Assembly (NCBI GenBank): GCA_965112735.1
Contig: OZ218959.1
Coordinates: 3,100,001 to 3,164,000, forward strand
Direction of reading: 5' to 3'
From: Phaeosaccion multiseriatum
Lineage: Eukaryota; Protista; Ochrophyta, other classes
Length of the DNA: 64,000 bases
Part shown: piece after piece, positions 46,601-58,832 of the stretch
Layout: every line of letters starts with the position of its first letter
How positions within the stretch are numbered: the first letter of the stretch is position 1
Made by a program: the position numbers and the translations under genes
Notes under the pieces: generated by a model
The model's input: the letters and a program-made list of their open reading frames with translations, nothing else
What the model was told of the DNA's origin: nothing
The model's database searches: none

Positions 46601-49600
46601 GCACAACAGTCCGCCCAAACGAGCAGAGAGAGGGGAGTGTGAGGAAGGCAAGGCACGGCAAGTGCAACGCAAACAGTTCGGGTGGAAAGGGAGGGACGGT
46701 CGTGTATCGGCAGGAATGGATAGGCGGGGCCCCGGCATTAAAACCATTGGAGAGAGAGGTGAGAGACAGAGAGAGGGAGGCAGGGAGAAGGAGGGAGGGA
46801 GACAGAGAGAAGAGACAGGGAGAGGGATATAGAGAGGGAGGGAGGAGAAGACACAGAGAGAGAGAGAGAGGGAGGAGGGAGGGAGGGAGAGAGGGAAAGA
46901 GAGAGAGGGAGGGAGAGAGGGAGGGAGAGAGGGAGGGGGGGCTGTCGTGCCTCCAGAGGCCATGCTAACCCCATATGCCCTACACCCTTTACCCTATACC
47001 CCGAACCACATACCTCTCATCGTCCCCCTTGTCGCCCTCCCCGGCTTGTTGGTGCCCCCCCCCCTGCCCCCCCTGCCCATCCTGCCGCTGCTCCGCCCCC
47101 TGCAGCAGGTCCATGTGTGTGTCTGTGCTGGTGAAGTGGGCCATGGGGTTGTGATCGTCGATCACGCGATTCGCAATGCCGGTCTTAACAACCTGCAGGG
47201 GCCGTACAGATACAGATACAGTTACAGTTACAGTTGAGGTTGAGGGTAGTCGCCTCGGCACTGAACAAGCCGAGCATCCCCTCCCAACGTTTTCGTCTCA
47301 AGATGATCGAACTACACATCACATCTCCTCCAAAGCCCCACCCACACCCCTCTACCCACCCACCTCCCCATGTGCCTCTACCCACCCACCTCCCCATATG
47401 CCTCTATCCACCCACCTCCCCATATGCCTCTACCCACCCACCTCCCCATGTGCCTCTATCCACCCACCTCCCCATATGCCTCTACCCACCCACCTCCCCA
47501 TATGCCTCTACCCACCCACCTCCCCATGTGCCTCTATCCACCCACCTGCTTTGTGTATATCTTCTCCTCCAGAGTGGGCGCCGCCACGAGTCTGTACACA
47601 GACACAGGCTTTGTCTGGCCGTATCTGTAGAGGCATCCGGGGGGGAGGGTGGGTAGAGGCATATAGGGAGGTGGGTGGGTAGAAGCATCCGGGGGGGAGG
47701 GTGGGTGGGTTGTTATGTTTGCATGCGAGCAATGAGTGGGTAGAGGCGTATGGGGAGGATAGCAGTGGATGGCGAGGGGGGAAGAGGCCTATGCGGGGGC
47801 CCGGGGGGGGGGGGGGGGGGGGGCACGCACCCACATGCATTCACCCACACCCAAACGTCCACCACCCTCTGTCCGGAAACCGTCTGTTCTGACACCCGAT
47901 GTCTTGACACACCCCCTTCGTTCCTGTCCTGACACCCCCATCCTTCCTGTCCTGACACCCCCATCCTTCCTGTCCTGACACCCTCCACGCCTGTACCTGT
48001 AGCAGCGGAACATGGCTTGAAGGTCAATGGACGGGTTCCAGCTCGTGTCCAGCAGCACCACCCTGCGAGTCACAAATGACAAACGCCATACATCACATCA
48101 CAGCAAGAGGCAATGAGCAGGAGGAGAGGGCGGGAGGAAGGAGCAGGGGAAGCCGGGTGAAGACCGAAGATCTAATGTCTACCCTTCCACCCTACCTGTT
48201 GGCCGCCACGAGGTTCACTCCCATGTTGGCGGCCTTCGTGGACAGGAGGAACACGAGGGAGGCATCGGTAGGGCTGTTGAAGCGGTTCACCAGCTGCATC
48301 CTGTGTATGTGTGTGTGTCAAACATTGTGAGGGGCATCTGTGAGGGGCATCTGTGAGGGCATGGGTGAGGGCATTGGATCCCCTTCCTTCCTTCCTTCCT
48401 TCCTTCCTTCCTTCCTTCCTTCCTTCCTTCCTTCCTTCCTTCCTTCCTTCCTTCCTTCCTTCCTTCGCTCGCCAGATTGCTCAATGCGCGTGTGGGACGC
48501 CCCAGTGCCGCTCTCCCTTGTGGCCTTCCTCACCCCGCACTCCTCACCCCTGACTCCTGACTCCTGATTCCTCAACCATCACCTCGCCCTCCTCACTCCT
48601 CACTCCTCACTCTTCACTCCTCACCCCTGACCTGTTGTTTGCCGAGGTGCTCCCATCTATGCGCAGCACCTCTGTCCCGTTCTTCCACGGCCCCCACGCG
48701 GCTTGACCGACTGGTGGTCGTTGCTGCAGCATTGGCGACGGCAACAGAAACAGATGCAGAGACACAACGTGTCAACATGTTATGTCAACGGGTCAGGCCC
48801 TCCGACCGTCCCCAATGCCCACACATACATGCCCATACACCTCGGCCCCACCCATATACCTCTACCTAAACCATACGCCTCTCACCTTCACCACGTCCCC
48901 CCACCTTGGGGTTAAGAGCAGCCTCTCCACAAAGTCAAGTGTGGGGATGTACTGAGAGAACACGAGCACCTTGTCCCCCTGGGAAATGGCAGCAGCGATG
49001 ATCTCGAGCAGGAGTACCTTCACTCATTTAAAGGCACATGGGTTGAAAGGAGGGAGGGGAAAACAGGGAGGGAGGGAGGGAGGGGGAAGCTGCGTGAGGG
49101 CGGACCGTTCGGCTTCTTTCGCACGGGTCGGAGCTGACGCCCCCCCCTCCCCCCCAGTTTTTACGCATACGACTGATACCACATTTCGAAAGCCGTGCAA
49201 CTTAGGGTTAGGGTTAGCCCTAATGGGTCCACATCACGGCAATGCAACGGGTCCACATCATGACAAGGGTGACCCCGCAGCCCGTTCACTTAAACATTAA
49301 CAGTACATATACCGGTGGGGAGGAGCAAGAGTGGGTATTGTATCGCTAGCAAGCACCGAGAGAGAACCCAGCCAGCGCACTTGCCGTTTGTGCTTCAGCT
49401 GGACCGACCGCACTTACCATCTTGCCAGAGGCGGCGATGTCGATGCCCGGCTCCAGGCTTGTGATCACCGCTCGAGGTCGCTTCTTCTTCCTCACCCTCT
49501 TGGGCTTGTCTTGCACCCCATTTACCGCGTTCTTCCCCGTCTCCTCCTCCGCCTCTGCTCCCTCCCCCGCCGCCGCCGCCGCAACCACGGTGACAGTTTC

Positions 49601-52600
49601 GGTGACCGTTTCTTTCCCAGCCCTCTCGAGCAGCAGCCCAGCGGCTCCACTATCAGCTGCTCCACTCCCTTCTCCTCCTCCCTCTTGCCCATGGTCGATA
49701 CTACTCGCCCTATTTGTACTCGCTTCCTCGCCTCCAACATTGACCGTCACCCACTTCTCCCCGCCACCTTCCCCTCCCTCATCCCGTCCTTCCATCGGAT
49801 TGCGCCCCTCGTAGTCGGACCCAATAGATAGTTCCCTTTGCTCGTCACCCGCGAGAGGAAGAGCTACAGCAGCCGAAGAGAGGACGTTACCTGCTGCTGC
49901 CGCTCCTCCTCCTCCTCCTCCTCCTCCTCCTCCTCCTCCTCCTCCTCCTCCTCCTCCTCCTCCTTCTCCTCCTCCTCCTCCTTCTCCTCCTCCTGAGGTC
50001 TCTGCTGCAGCTGATGCGGGCTGCAGTGCCGACAAGGTCCCGCTGCCGCTGCTCGGTGGTCCAATCACCGGCGCTTCCGAGGCAACGCTATCTCCTCCAC
50101 TATCGCCACCGCCATCAGCCCTGAAGCGAACCACAAGCCCCTCTTGCCCGTCTTCCCCGGCCGCACCTCTGGCTCTGTCCCCGTCTCCGTCTCCATCTCT
50201 GTCTCTGTCTTTGTCTGTGTCTGGGCCATTCCAACGACCATCTCCTGCCGCTGCCACCGCTGCCGCGACACTCGCTGCCGCACCCCAGGAGGCGAGTGCT
50301 CGCCCCGCCGATGCCTTGCCCGCCCCCGCCCCGTCGGCATCATTCTCCCCCCCCCCACCATCACCTCCTGTGAGTGGGACGGTTGCGTCATTTTCTTTGC
50401 TGCCGTCCCTGCTGTCCACCCCCATACTCTCATCATCATCATCATCATCGTCGTTGTTGTCGTCTTTGTCGTTTTCGTTGTCGCTACGTCCTCCAGCACT
50501 GACACTGAAACTGGGATCGGCAGTGGCAGTGGCACTGAAACTGGCAGCACTGTCGTGAGTAGGCACAGGAGCGAAGACACCATGCGGTGCTGGGGGAGCA
50601 GCGATCACCACCGAGGCCGAGGGCCGCGGAGGAGCGCCTTCCGCGGTCTCGAAGGCCGTGCTTGAAGAAGCAGCCGTAGCCACAACAGTTGGTGATACAG
50701 CAGCACCATCATCGCCTGCCGCAGGTGCCGCCTCGCCCCCACCGTCCTCGTTGCTGTGACTGCTCCCTTCTTGCCCCTCTCCATTGGCTGTTGTATCACC
50801 AACTGCTGTATCACCAATTTGCCCCTCTTGAAAGGCCCAGTCCGCGTCGTCGTTGCCCCATGGAGCGCTCTGCTCCTCCTCCTCCTCCTCTCCCCAATTA
50901 TTATCGTTCCCACTAATCTCATCATTTCCCCTGTTGTAGTCATAGTCCGCACCCCTCCCCCCGGTCTCCTCCTCGTCCCGCTTCTCGTCCTCTTCCATTG
51001 CCTTCAATTGACTCTCCTCCCCCTCCTCCTGCCTCGCAATTGTGGCCCCTTCCTCCTCTTGCTCTTGCTCTTGCTCTTCCCCGACAGGTTGGGTGCTTCT
51101 CGTTTCTCCATCAATCGATTTCCGCAGCCTTCTTCTCTTCCTCCCCTTGTCACCTTCCTTCTTCCTTCTCTTTGCGCCCCTCCTCCTCCTCCTCCTCCTC
51201 CCCAGCTCTTCAAAATCTCCCTCCTCTACGTCCTTCACCACAAATCCGTCGTCCTCATACCCATCCAAGTCGGCATCCTCTTCACTCTCAGTCTCCTCAT
51301 CCACCTCTTCCTCCGTCTCGTCCTCGTCCACACCTTCTTCCTCCGTCTCCTCCTCGTCCATCTCCTCCTCCGTCTCCTCCTCGTCCTCCTCGTGCGCATT
51401 GCCCCTCGCTCGCCCCCCCCTCCCCTTGTCCCCACTTAGCACGCTATCGTACACTTCTTGTGCCTGTGCATGAAGACTCTCCACTTGCCTCGCCAGCTGC
51501 GCCCCGCCACCCCCGCTCCCTCCACTACCACCACCTCCAGTACCCCCTCCGCCCCCTCCTCCCCCCTCCCCCTCTCCCTCCTCCACCGCTTCGCCGTCAT
51601 CTCCCTCGCCTTCACTGTCCTGGTCCACGTCCCCCTGGTCTGCAAGGTTCCTCAGCCACCCCGGTTCATTCATCGAGCCCCCCCTAACCCCAGACAGGCC
51701 CTGCAGACTCTGCGCGTGCTCTTGGTAGAGGTGCGGGTGCGTCCAGATACGAAAGAAGATGTGGATATTACTCAGCACGTTGTCTTTCCTGACCTCTCCC
51801 TGGCAGGCCTGCTGAATCTTGGTCAGGAGATCCTCGGTACACTCTTGCTGTTGCGGTGTCTGTGGTACCGTAATGACCACCTCCTTCTTGGCCAGGTTGA
51901 GCGCGAGTGCAAGCGGAACGATGTCCTTTCTGTGAATGATGCTCTTTGTGCGCTTCAAGACGATGTAAGCGCGCTTCTGCATCTTTTTCTTGGCGGCTTT
52001 GCTCGCCCCTGCCGCAGCCCCGGCCTCGATGGGCTCAGCAAACTTGCGGCGGAAGGTCAGCGCCGTGCCCAGCAGGTCTGTGTGTTTGCGTGGGTGGGGG
52101 TGGGGCGTGGGTGGGAGTGAGCGGCACCAGAGAGAGAGAGAGAGAGATGGGAGGATAGAGAGAGAGGAAGAGAGGGAGAGAGAGAGACAGGGAGGGAGAG
52201 GGGAGTGAGAGGCCACTCACTGTCTTAACCGCATTTAGGCATGCGTGGATGCAGTCCAACCCTAACCCGGAATCACATGTACGTAACCGCACGTAACCAA
52301 TACGTGGCCCTAATATGACCCTTACGTAAGAGTACGTACGTACCCGGCTTGATGAGCTGCACCATGTTGAAGTATTCCATGAGGTGATTCTGCATGGGGC
52401 TGCCGCTGAGGAGCACCTTGCGGGGGGTGACGAAGGCGGAAACCGCTTGGGTCTGGCTAGTGTTCTTGTTCTTCAAAATGTGCCCCTCGTCCGCCACCTG
52501 AGGGAGAGGGGAGGAGGGGAGGGAGGGGGGTTAGGGTTAAGTGTGTCGGTATGAAAGGGTTGGGTGGTATGAAGCAAAGCCAGTGCAGAGGAGGGGGTGA

Positions 52601-55600
52601 GAGGTACAACGCACCATGACATCCGCCCCCCACAGAAGCTTTCGACGAAGCTGAACCTCAGGGGATAAGCTCGAGAGCGGCCTGGGGCTGCGTGTCTTCT
52701 TGACTCCGCACAAGCTAGCTACCACTCCGTATGTGAGCAGCAGCACGCCGCCTTCGTTGCTCCACTCCTGCAGCACCCGGTCCTTGCGGTGGAGGGGGTG
52801 TTCAGGGCTGATAGGGAAGACTTTGACGCCGGGCCGGTACTTGCTGAACTCCTCCTTCCAGTTCTGAGGGAGAGAGGGAAAGGGAGGGGATAGGGGAGGA
52901 GAGGAGAAGAGAGGAGAGAGAGAAAGAGGCGGACAGAGTGAGCGATAGACGGAGGGAGAAAAGTGAGGGGGGCATTTGACACGTTTGACACGTCACACGA
53001 AACGCTTGAAACGCATGATGTCTCCACACGACACGCTTGACACTGCGCTTGACACTTGACGCACCTCCAACACGTTCTTGGGCACCACCACTGCGCACGT
53101 CTTAAGCTTCCTACGCCTACCAGGACGAGCACGCTTTGCCTTTCCCTTCCTTTCGTTGCCCTTGCCTTCCTCGGCCACATCGACACCTTCTCCCGCGCTC
53201 TGTCCCGCGCTCTGTCCCGCGCTCTGTCCCGCGCTCTGTCCCTCGCTCTGTCCCTCGCTCCGTCCCTCGCTCTGTCCCTCGCTCTGTCCCTCGCTCTGTC
53301 CCTCGCTCTGTCCCTCGCTCTGTCCCTCGCCTGCGGCCTTGCTCTGTTGTCCTTGTAGCCCCCCCCCTCGCGCGAGCTCTCCGCCTTGGCCGGCCTGTGC
53401 GGTCGCCTCCCCGCCGCCGGTGGGTGATGATGACAATGATGATGACAATGATGATGATGATGCTGCTGCTGTATCACCAACTGCTGCTGCTGCTGCTATA
53501 TCACCAACTGCTGCTGCTGCTGTATCACCAACTGCTGCTGCTGCTGTATCACCAACTGCTACTGCTGCTGTATCACCAACTGCTGCTGCTGCTGTATCAC
53601 CAACTGCTACTGCTGCTGTATCACCAACTGCTGCTGCTGCTGTATCACCAACTGCTGCTGCTGCTGTATCGCCAACTGCTGCTGCTGCTGCTGCTGCACT
53701 CCAAGCGTACGAGTCTCCCTGCATCCCATCTGCCCTATCCCCGCCATTGCCACCCCCCCTAGGCCCTTCCTCTTCTTCCTCCTCCTCCTCCTCCTCCTCC
53801 TCCCCCGCTTCGTCCGCCACCTCCCCCGGCCCCACTTCCCTGGTAACGGCTCTCAAGACAGGGCTGTTGAGCAGTACGTCAATGAAGACAACGGCTTGAA
53901 TGCTCTTCCCGAGGCCCATACAATGTGCGAGGATGCACCCCCCGGCAAGGGACTCCCTATCTGGCCCCTTGAGGTCGGCAACGCTTACGACAAGATTGTC
54001 GTACATGAATTTGATGCCCTCGACCTGTTGGTGATACAGACAGAGAGAGAGGGTTTGGGGGGTTGAGGGCAAACACAGCTCAGGCAAACATGTGCACTCA
54101 TTACCCAGCAGTACGTCGACCAGTGAATAGAACAAAAAGGATATTGCAACACGTACCCAACAAAGAGGGACCCAACATCACTTACCTGGTGCTCCTTGAG
54201 GTGAACTTCCCCTGCGTCCCCCTTTCTTGGAAACTTGTCCCTCACCACAACGGCCCCTCCTCCTCCTCCTCCTCCTCCTCCTCCTCCTCCTCCTCCTCCT
54301 CCTCCTCCTCCTCCTCCTCCTCCTCCTCCTCCCTCCCCCTCCCCTCCTCCCAAGACTTCCAACTCGTAACATCGCACGTCCCCCTCTTGCGAGAGTGGCT
54401 CCTGATCAACCTCACCCCCCATAAAGTAGCCTTTGGTCTTGTCCTTCTGCCGCTGCCGCTGGCGCTGTTCGAGCATGGCCTGCCTCTTCTCCTCGGCTTT
54501 AAGGGCGGATTTCGTGTTTCTGTCCTCCCTCACATGGTCTTTCTCCTCCTTCTCCTTCTCCTTCTCCTTCTCCGCCTCCTTCCCCCCCTGCTGCCCCTCC
54601 CCCTCCTTGCTGCGATCCAATGAAGTATCTTCCATGTCACTGTCGGTCTCCTCCCCACTGCTGCTGCTTGGGCTGCTGGGATCCACTGAGGGGTGCGAAG
54701 AAGTACGCACAGGCACATTGAAAGCAATAGTCGTCCTCCGGCCCTTCTTCTTTTTCAATGAGTTCAAGTAAGAGGCGTCCTGCTCAAAGGGCACAGGGCA
54801 CCGGGAGTGTGTGTGTGTGAGAGAGAAAGGGCGGGTGGGTGGGAGGAGAGAGTGAGAGATATAGAGAGAGATGGGCAGAGAGAGATGGAGAGAGAGAGAG
54901 AGAGAGAGAGCTGGGGACAGAGAGAGGGAGGTGCCGCTCTGCTTACCGGTGGATTGACAGCAGCAGCAGAGGAGAAAGAAGAGGAGGAGGAGGAGGAGCA
55001 GGCCGGTGCTTGAACTTTGCGCCTGCGGTTCTCGTCCTCCTCGTCGTCCTCTGTCGTGCTGTCGCTCAGGTCGATCGCCATCGGACCGGCTACTGGCGCC
55101 GGCAACACCTTCTCCTCTCCCTCCGCCGGTGCTGGTGCAGAGTGTTCGTCTTGCTCTGGAGAGTCAGAGACGGCTCCCCCCTCTGCCGCGTCTTGCACCA
55201 CGTCCACATCCACCTCTTGGTCCTCTACATGGTCTACATCCATGTCAAGTGCGCCAGATTGGCGGCCCTCATCTATTGTGGCATCAGAGTCATACTCCAT
55301 ACCCCGCTCCTCCCTCCTCGTCCCGCCACTGCTGCCCCCTCCCTGTGCCTCTTCTTCACCCTGCCCTCCCCCACTCCCTGCCGTGCTGCCAGCTCCCAAT
55401 TGCTGCTGCTGGTCACCAGCTGGAACGCTGCGGCCTTCCTGCGGTGTGCAAGTGGCCTGGTGCTTGCTCTTCCCTGCCTTGGAGGAGGCCTTGGCAGAAG
55501 AAGCTTTGGCAGAGGCTCGCCGCTTCCTGGGACCCTCTGCCAGCTTCTTTACACGACGCTGAAACACTCTCCTAGAAGGGGGGAGGGAGGAAGGGAGGAC

Positions 55601-58600
55601 GGGAGGGAGGGAAGTAGGAAGGGAACGAGGGAGAGAGGGGCAGGGCGGGGGTCAGTGCCGAAGCAGCAGCTACAGCAGGAAGGAAACAAAGGAAGGTACA
55701 CAGGGCGTCTGTCTGCCAAACCACCCCACCCCACACCACCCCACACCACCCCACACCACCCCACCCCACACCACACCACCCCACCCCACACCACCCCACA
55801 CCACCCCACACCACACCACACCACACCACGCCACCCCACCCCACACCACCCCACACCACCCCACACCACCCCACACCACCCCACCCCACACCACACCACC
55901 CCACCCCACCCCACACCACCCCACCCCACACCACACCACACTACACCACACCACACCACACCACACCACACCACACCACACCACACCACACCACACCACA
56001 CCACACTACACCACACCACACCACACCACACCACACCACCACCACACCACACCACACCACACCACACCACACCACACCACACCACACTACACCACCCCAC
56101 ACCACCCCACCCCACACCACACCACCCCACACCACCCCACCCCACACCACACCACCCCACACCACTCCACACCACCCCACACCACACCACACCACACCAC
56201 ACCACACCACACCACACCACCCCACACCACCCCACACCACCCCACTCCACTCAGCAAAGACTTCACCGGCTGGTCTTTGCCCCGCGTATTGTCCATTCCT
56301 TGTCTTAGGGGTAAAGCCTTTGCTGAGTGGAGTCCATTCTTAGTCTTGGGCTCTTCTCTCACCTCTGTCGTTGGCCCTGCTCCTTTCGGTCTTGTGCTGC
56401 GGTCACCTTCCTCTCCTTGGGTGCCCTTTTCTTGGGATCCTTGTGCAGCTTCTCCAATTGGCGACGCTCCAGATCCTGAGCAGCTTCAAGCTTCTCGCCC
56501 ACCTCTGAGGAAAGAGGACAAGAGAGGACGGGGAAGGGAGGGTAGAGGAGAGAGAGAGCACAGGGTTGACGACAATGGAAAGAGAGGACACAGGAGAGTG
56601 GATGGGGGAGGGAGGACAAGAGGAGAGTGGATGGGGAACAGAGGATGTTGGGGACTGCGCGACAAAGCGCCTGATCGGAGACGCTGGATGGCACTGAATG
56701 GCGCTGAAGATGGCACCGGAGATGGTACTAGATGGTCAAGACACCCACACCACATCCCCTCACGATGTCACCCCAATGCCCTCCTCCCCTGTACGAAGTC
56801 CGTGGCCTGGCTCTGACCTTCAGTTGGCATTTGGCTTGTACACCGAAACTGAAACTGATTTGACTCCTGCTCACTTCAATTCAAAACATCGATACACGCG
56901 CCATATATATATATATATATCCTGCTCTCTTTCTTCCAATACACAGAAACCCTAACTCACCCTCTGGATCGATGCTGTTGCCTCGTAGTTTAGTGGCGTC
57001 TACACTTCTAAGGGCCTGAAGGTGCTCCTGAAGGAGAGGGGGGGGGGGGGGGGAGAGAGAGGCAGGGACAAATGTCACTTTCAGTTTCAGTTACAAGGTA
57101 AAACCGCCAACGGTCGATGTCGAATGCTTCGCATTTTTTAGTCAACTCGAGCCGTTCAAAGGTGGAGGTCGATCGGGTTAGCAGTGAGAGGGAGGGGGGG
57201 GGAGGAGGGGAGAGAAGGGGGGAGGAGGGAAGAGAGTGACACACACAAAGAGAGAGAGAGAGACAGAGAGTGACAGAGTGACAGAGAGACCGTTCGCCCT
57301 TAATGCACTCCTTTCGTCAGTTCCTTGTTACCTCTGTGGTCATGAGCTCTTCGATCTCATCCTCGGCGAAGAAGGCGCCAATAGTTTTGGTGAGCTCCGT
57401 CACGGCTTTGCCAAGCGCCACACACCGATCTCGGCAAGAGGAGCCTTCCGCCTCCACCCCTGCCACTAACAAGGGGCACAGCACAGCACAGCAAAGCAGT
57501 TGGTGATTCAGCACCAGCACAGCACCAGCACAGCACCAGCACAGCGCAGCATGGGGTAAACGAGTGAGACCCCTCTTACCTGTCCCTCTCTATCTAAACA
57601 TCTATATCGAGTGAGACCCCTCTTACCTGTCCTTCTCTATCTAAACATCTATATCGAGTGAGACCCCTCTTACCTGTCCTTCTCTATCTAAACATCTATG
57701 TCGAGTGAGACCCCTCTTATCTGTCCCTCTCTATCTAAACATCTATATCGAGTGAGACCCCTCTTACCTGTCCTTCTCTATCTAAACATCTATATCGAGT
57801 GAGACCCCTCTTACCTGTCCTTCTCTATCTAAACATCTATATCGAGTGAGACCCCTCTTACCTGTCCTTCTCTATCTAAACATCTATATCGAGTGAGACC
57901 CCTCTTACCTGTCCCTCTCTATCTAAACATCTATATCGAGTGAGACCCCTCTTACCTGTCCTTCTCTATCTAAACATCTATATCGAGTGAGACCCCTCTT
58001 ACCTGTCCTTCTCTATCTAAACATCTATATCGAGTGAGACCCCTCTTACCTGTCCCTCTCTATCTAAACATCTATATCGAGTGAGACCCCTCTTATCTGT
58101 CCTTCTCTATCTAAACATCTATATCGAGTGAGACCCCTCTTACCTGTCCTTCTCTATCTAAACATCTATATCGAGTGAGACCCCTCTTATCTGTCCCTCT
58201 CTATCTAAACATCTATATCGAGTGAGACCCCTCTTATCTGTCCTTCTCTATCTAAACATCTATATCGAGTGAGACCCCTCTTACCTGTCCTTCTCTATCT
58301 AAACATCTATATCGAGTGAGACCCCTCTTACCTGTCCCTCTCTATCTAAACATCTATATCGAGTGAGACCCCTCTTATCTGTCCTTCTCTATCTAAACAT
58401 CTATATCGAGTGAGACCCCTCTTACCTGTCCTTCTCTATCTAAACATCTATATCGAGTGAGACCCCTCTTACCTGTCCTTCTCTATCTAAACATCTATAT
58501 CGAGTGAGACCCCTCTTATCTGTCCCTCTCTATCTAAACATCTATATCGAGTGAGACCCCTCTTATCTGTCCTTCTCTATCTAAACATCTATATCGAGTG

Positions 58601-58780
58601 AGACCCCTCTTACCTGTCCTTCTCTATCTAAACATCTATATCGAGTGAGACCCCTCTTATCTGTCCTTCTCTATCTAAACATCTATATCGAGTGAGACCC
58701 CTCTTACCTGTCCTTCTCTATCTAAACATCTATGTCGCCCTCTCTCTCTCTCTCTCTCTCTCTCGCTCTCTCGCTCTGTC

Positions 58781-58832
<52 letters not shown>

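Noticed and set aside
54839-56362. HHTTP / GVVWC-repeat ORFs
   Set aside because: Translations of the intronic (CCACA)n array
57561-58735. CRISPR array
   Set aside because: Units are contiguous and near-identical with no unique spacers; no cas genes; located in a eukaryotic intron
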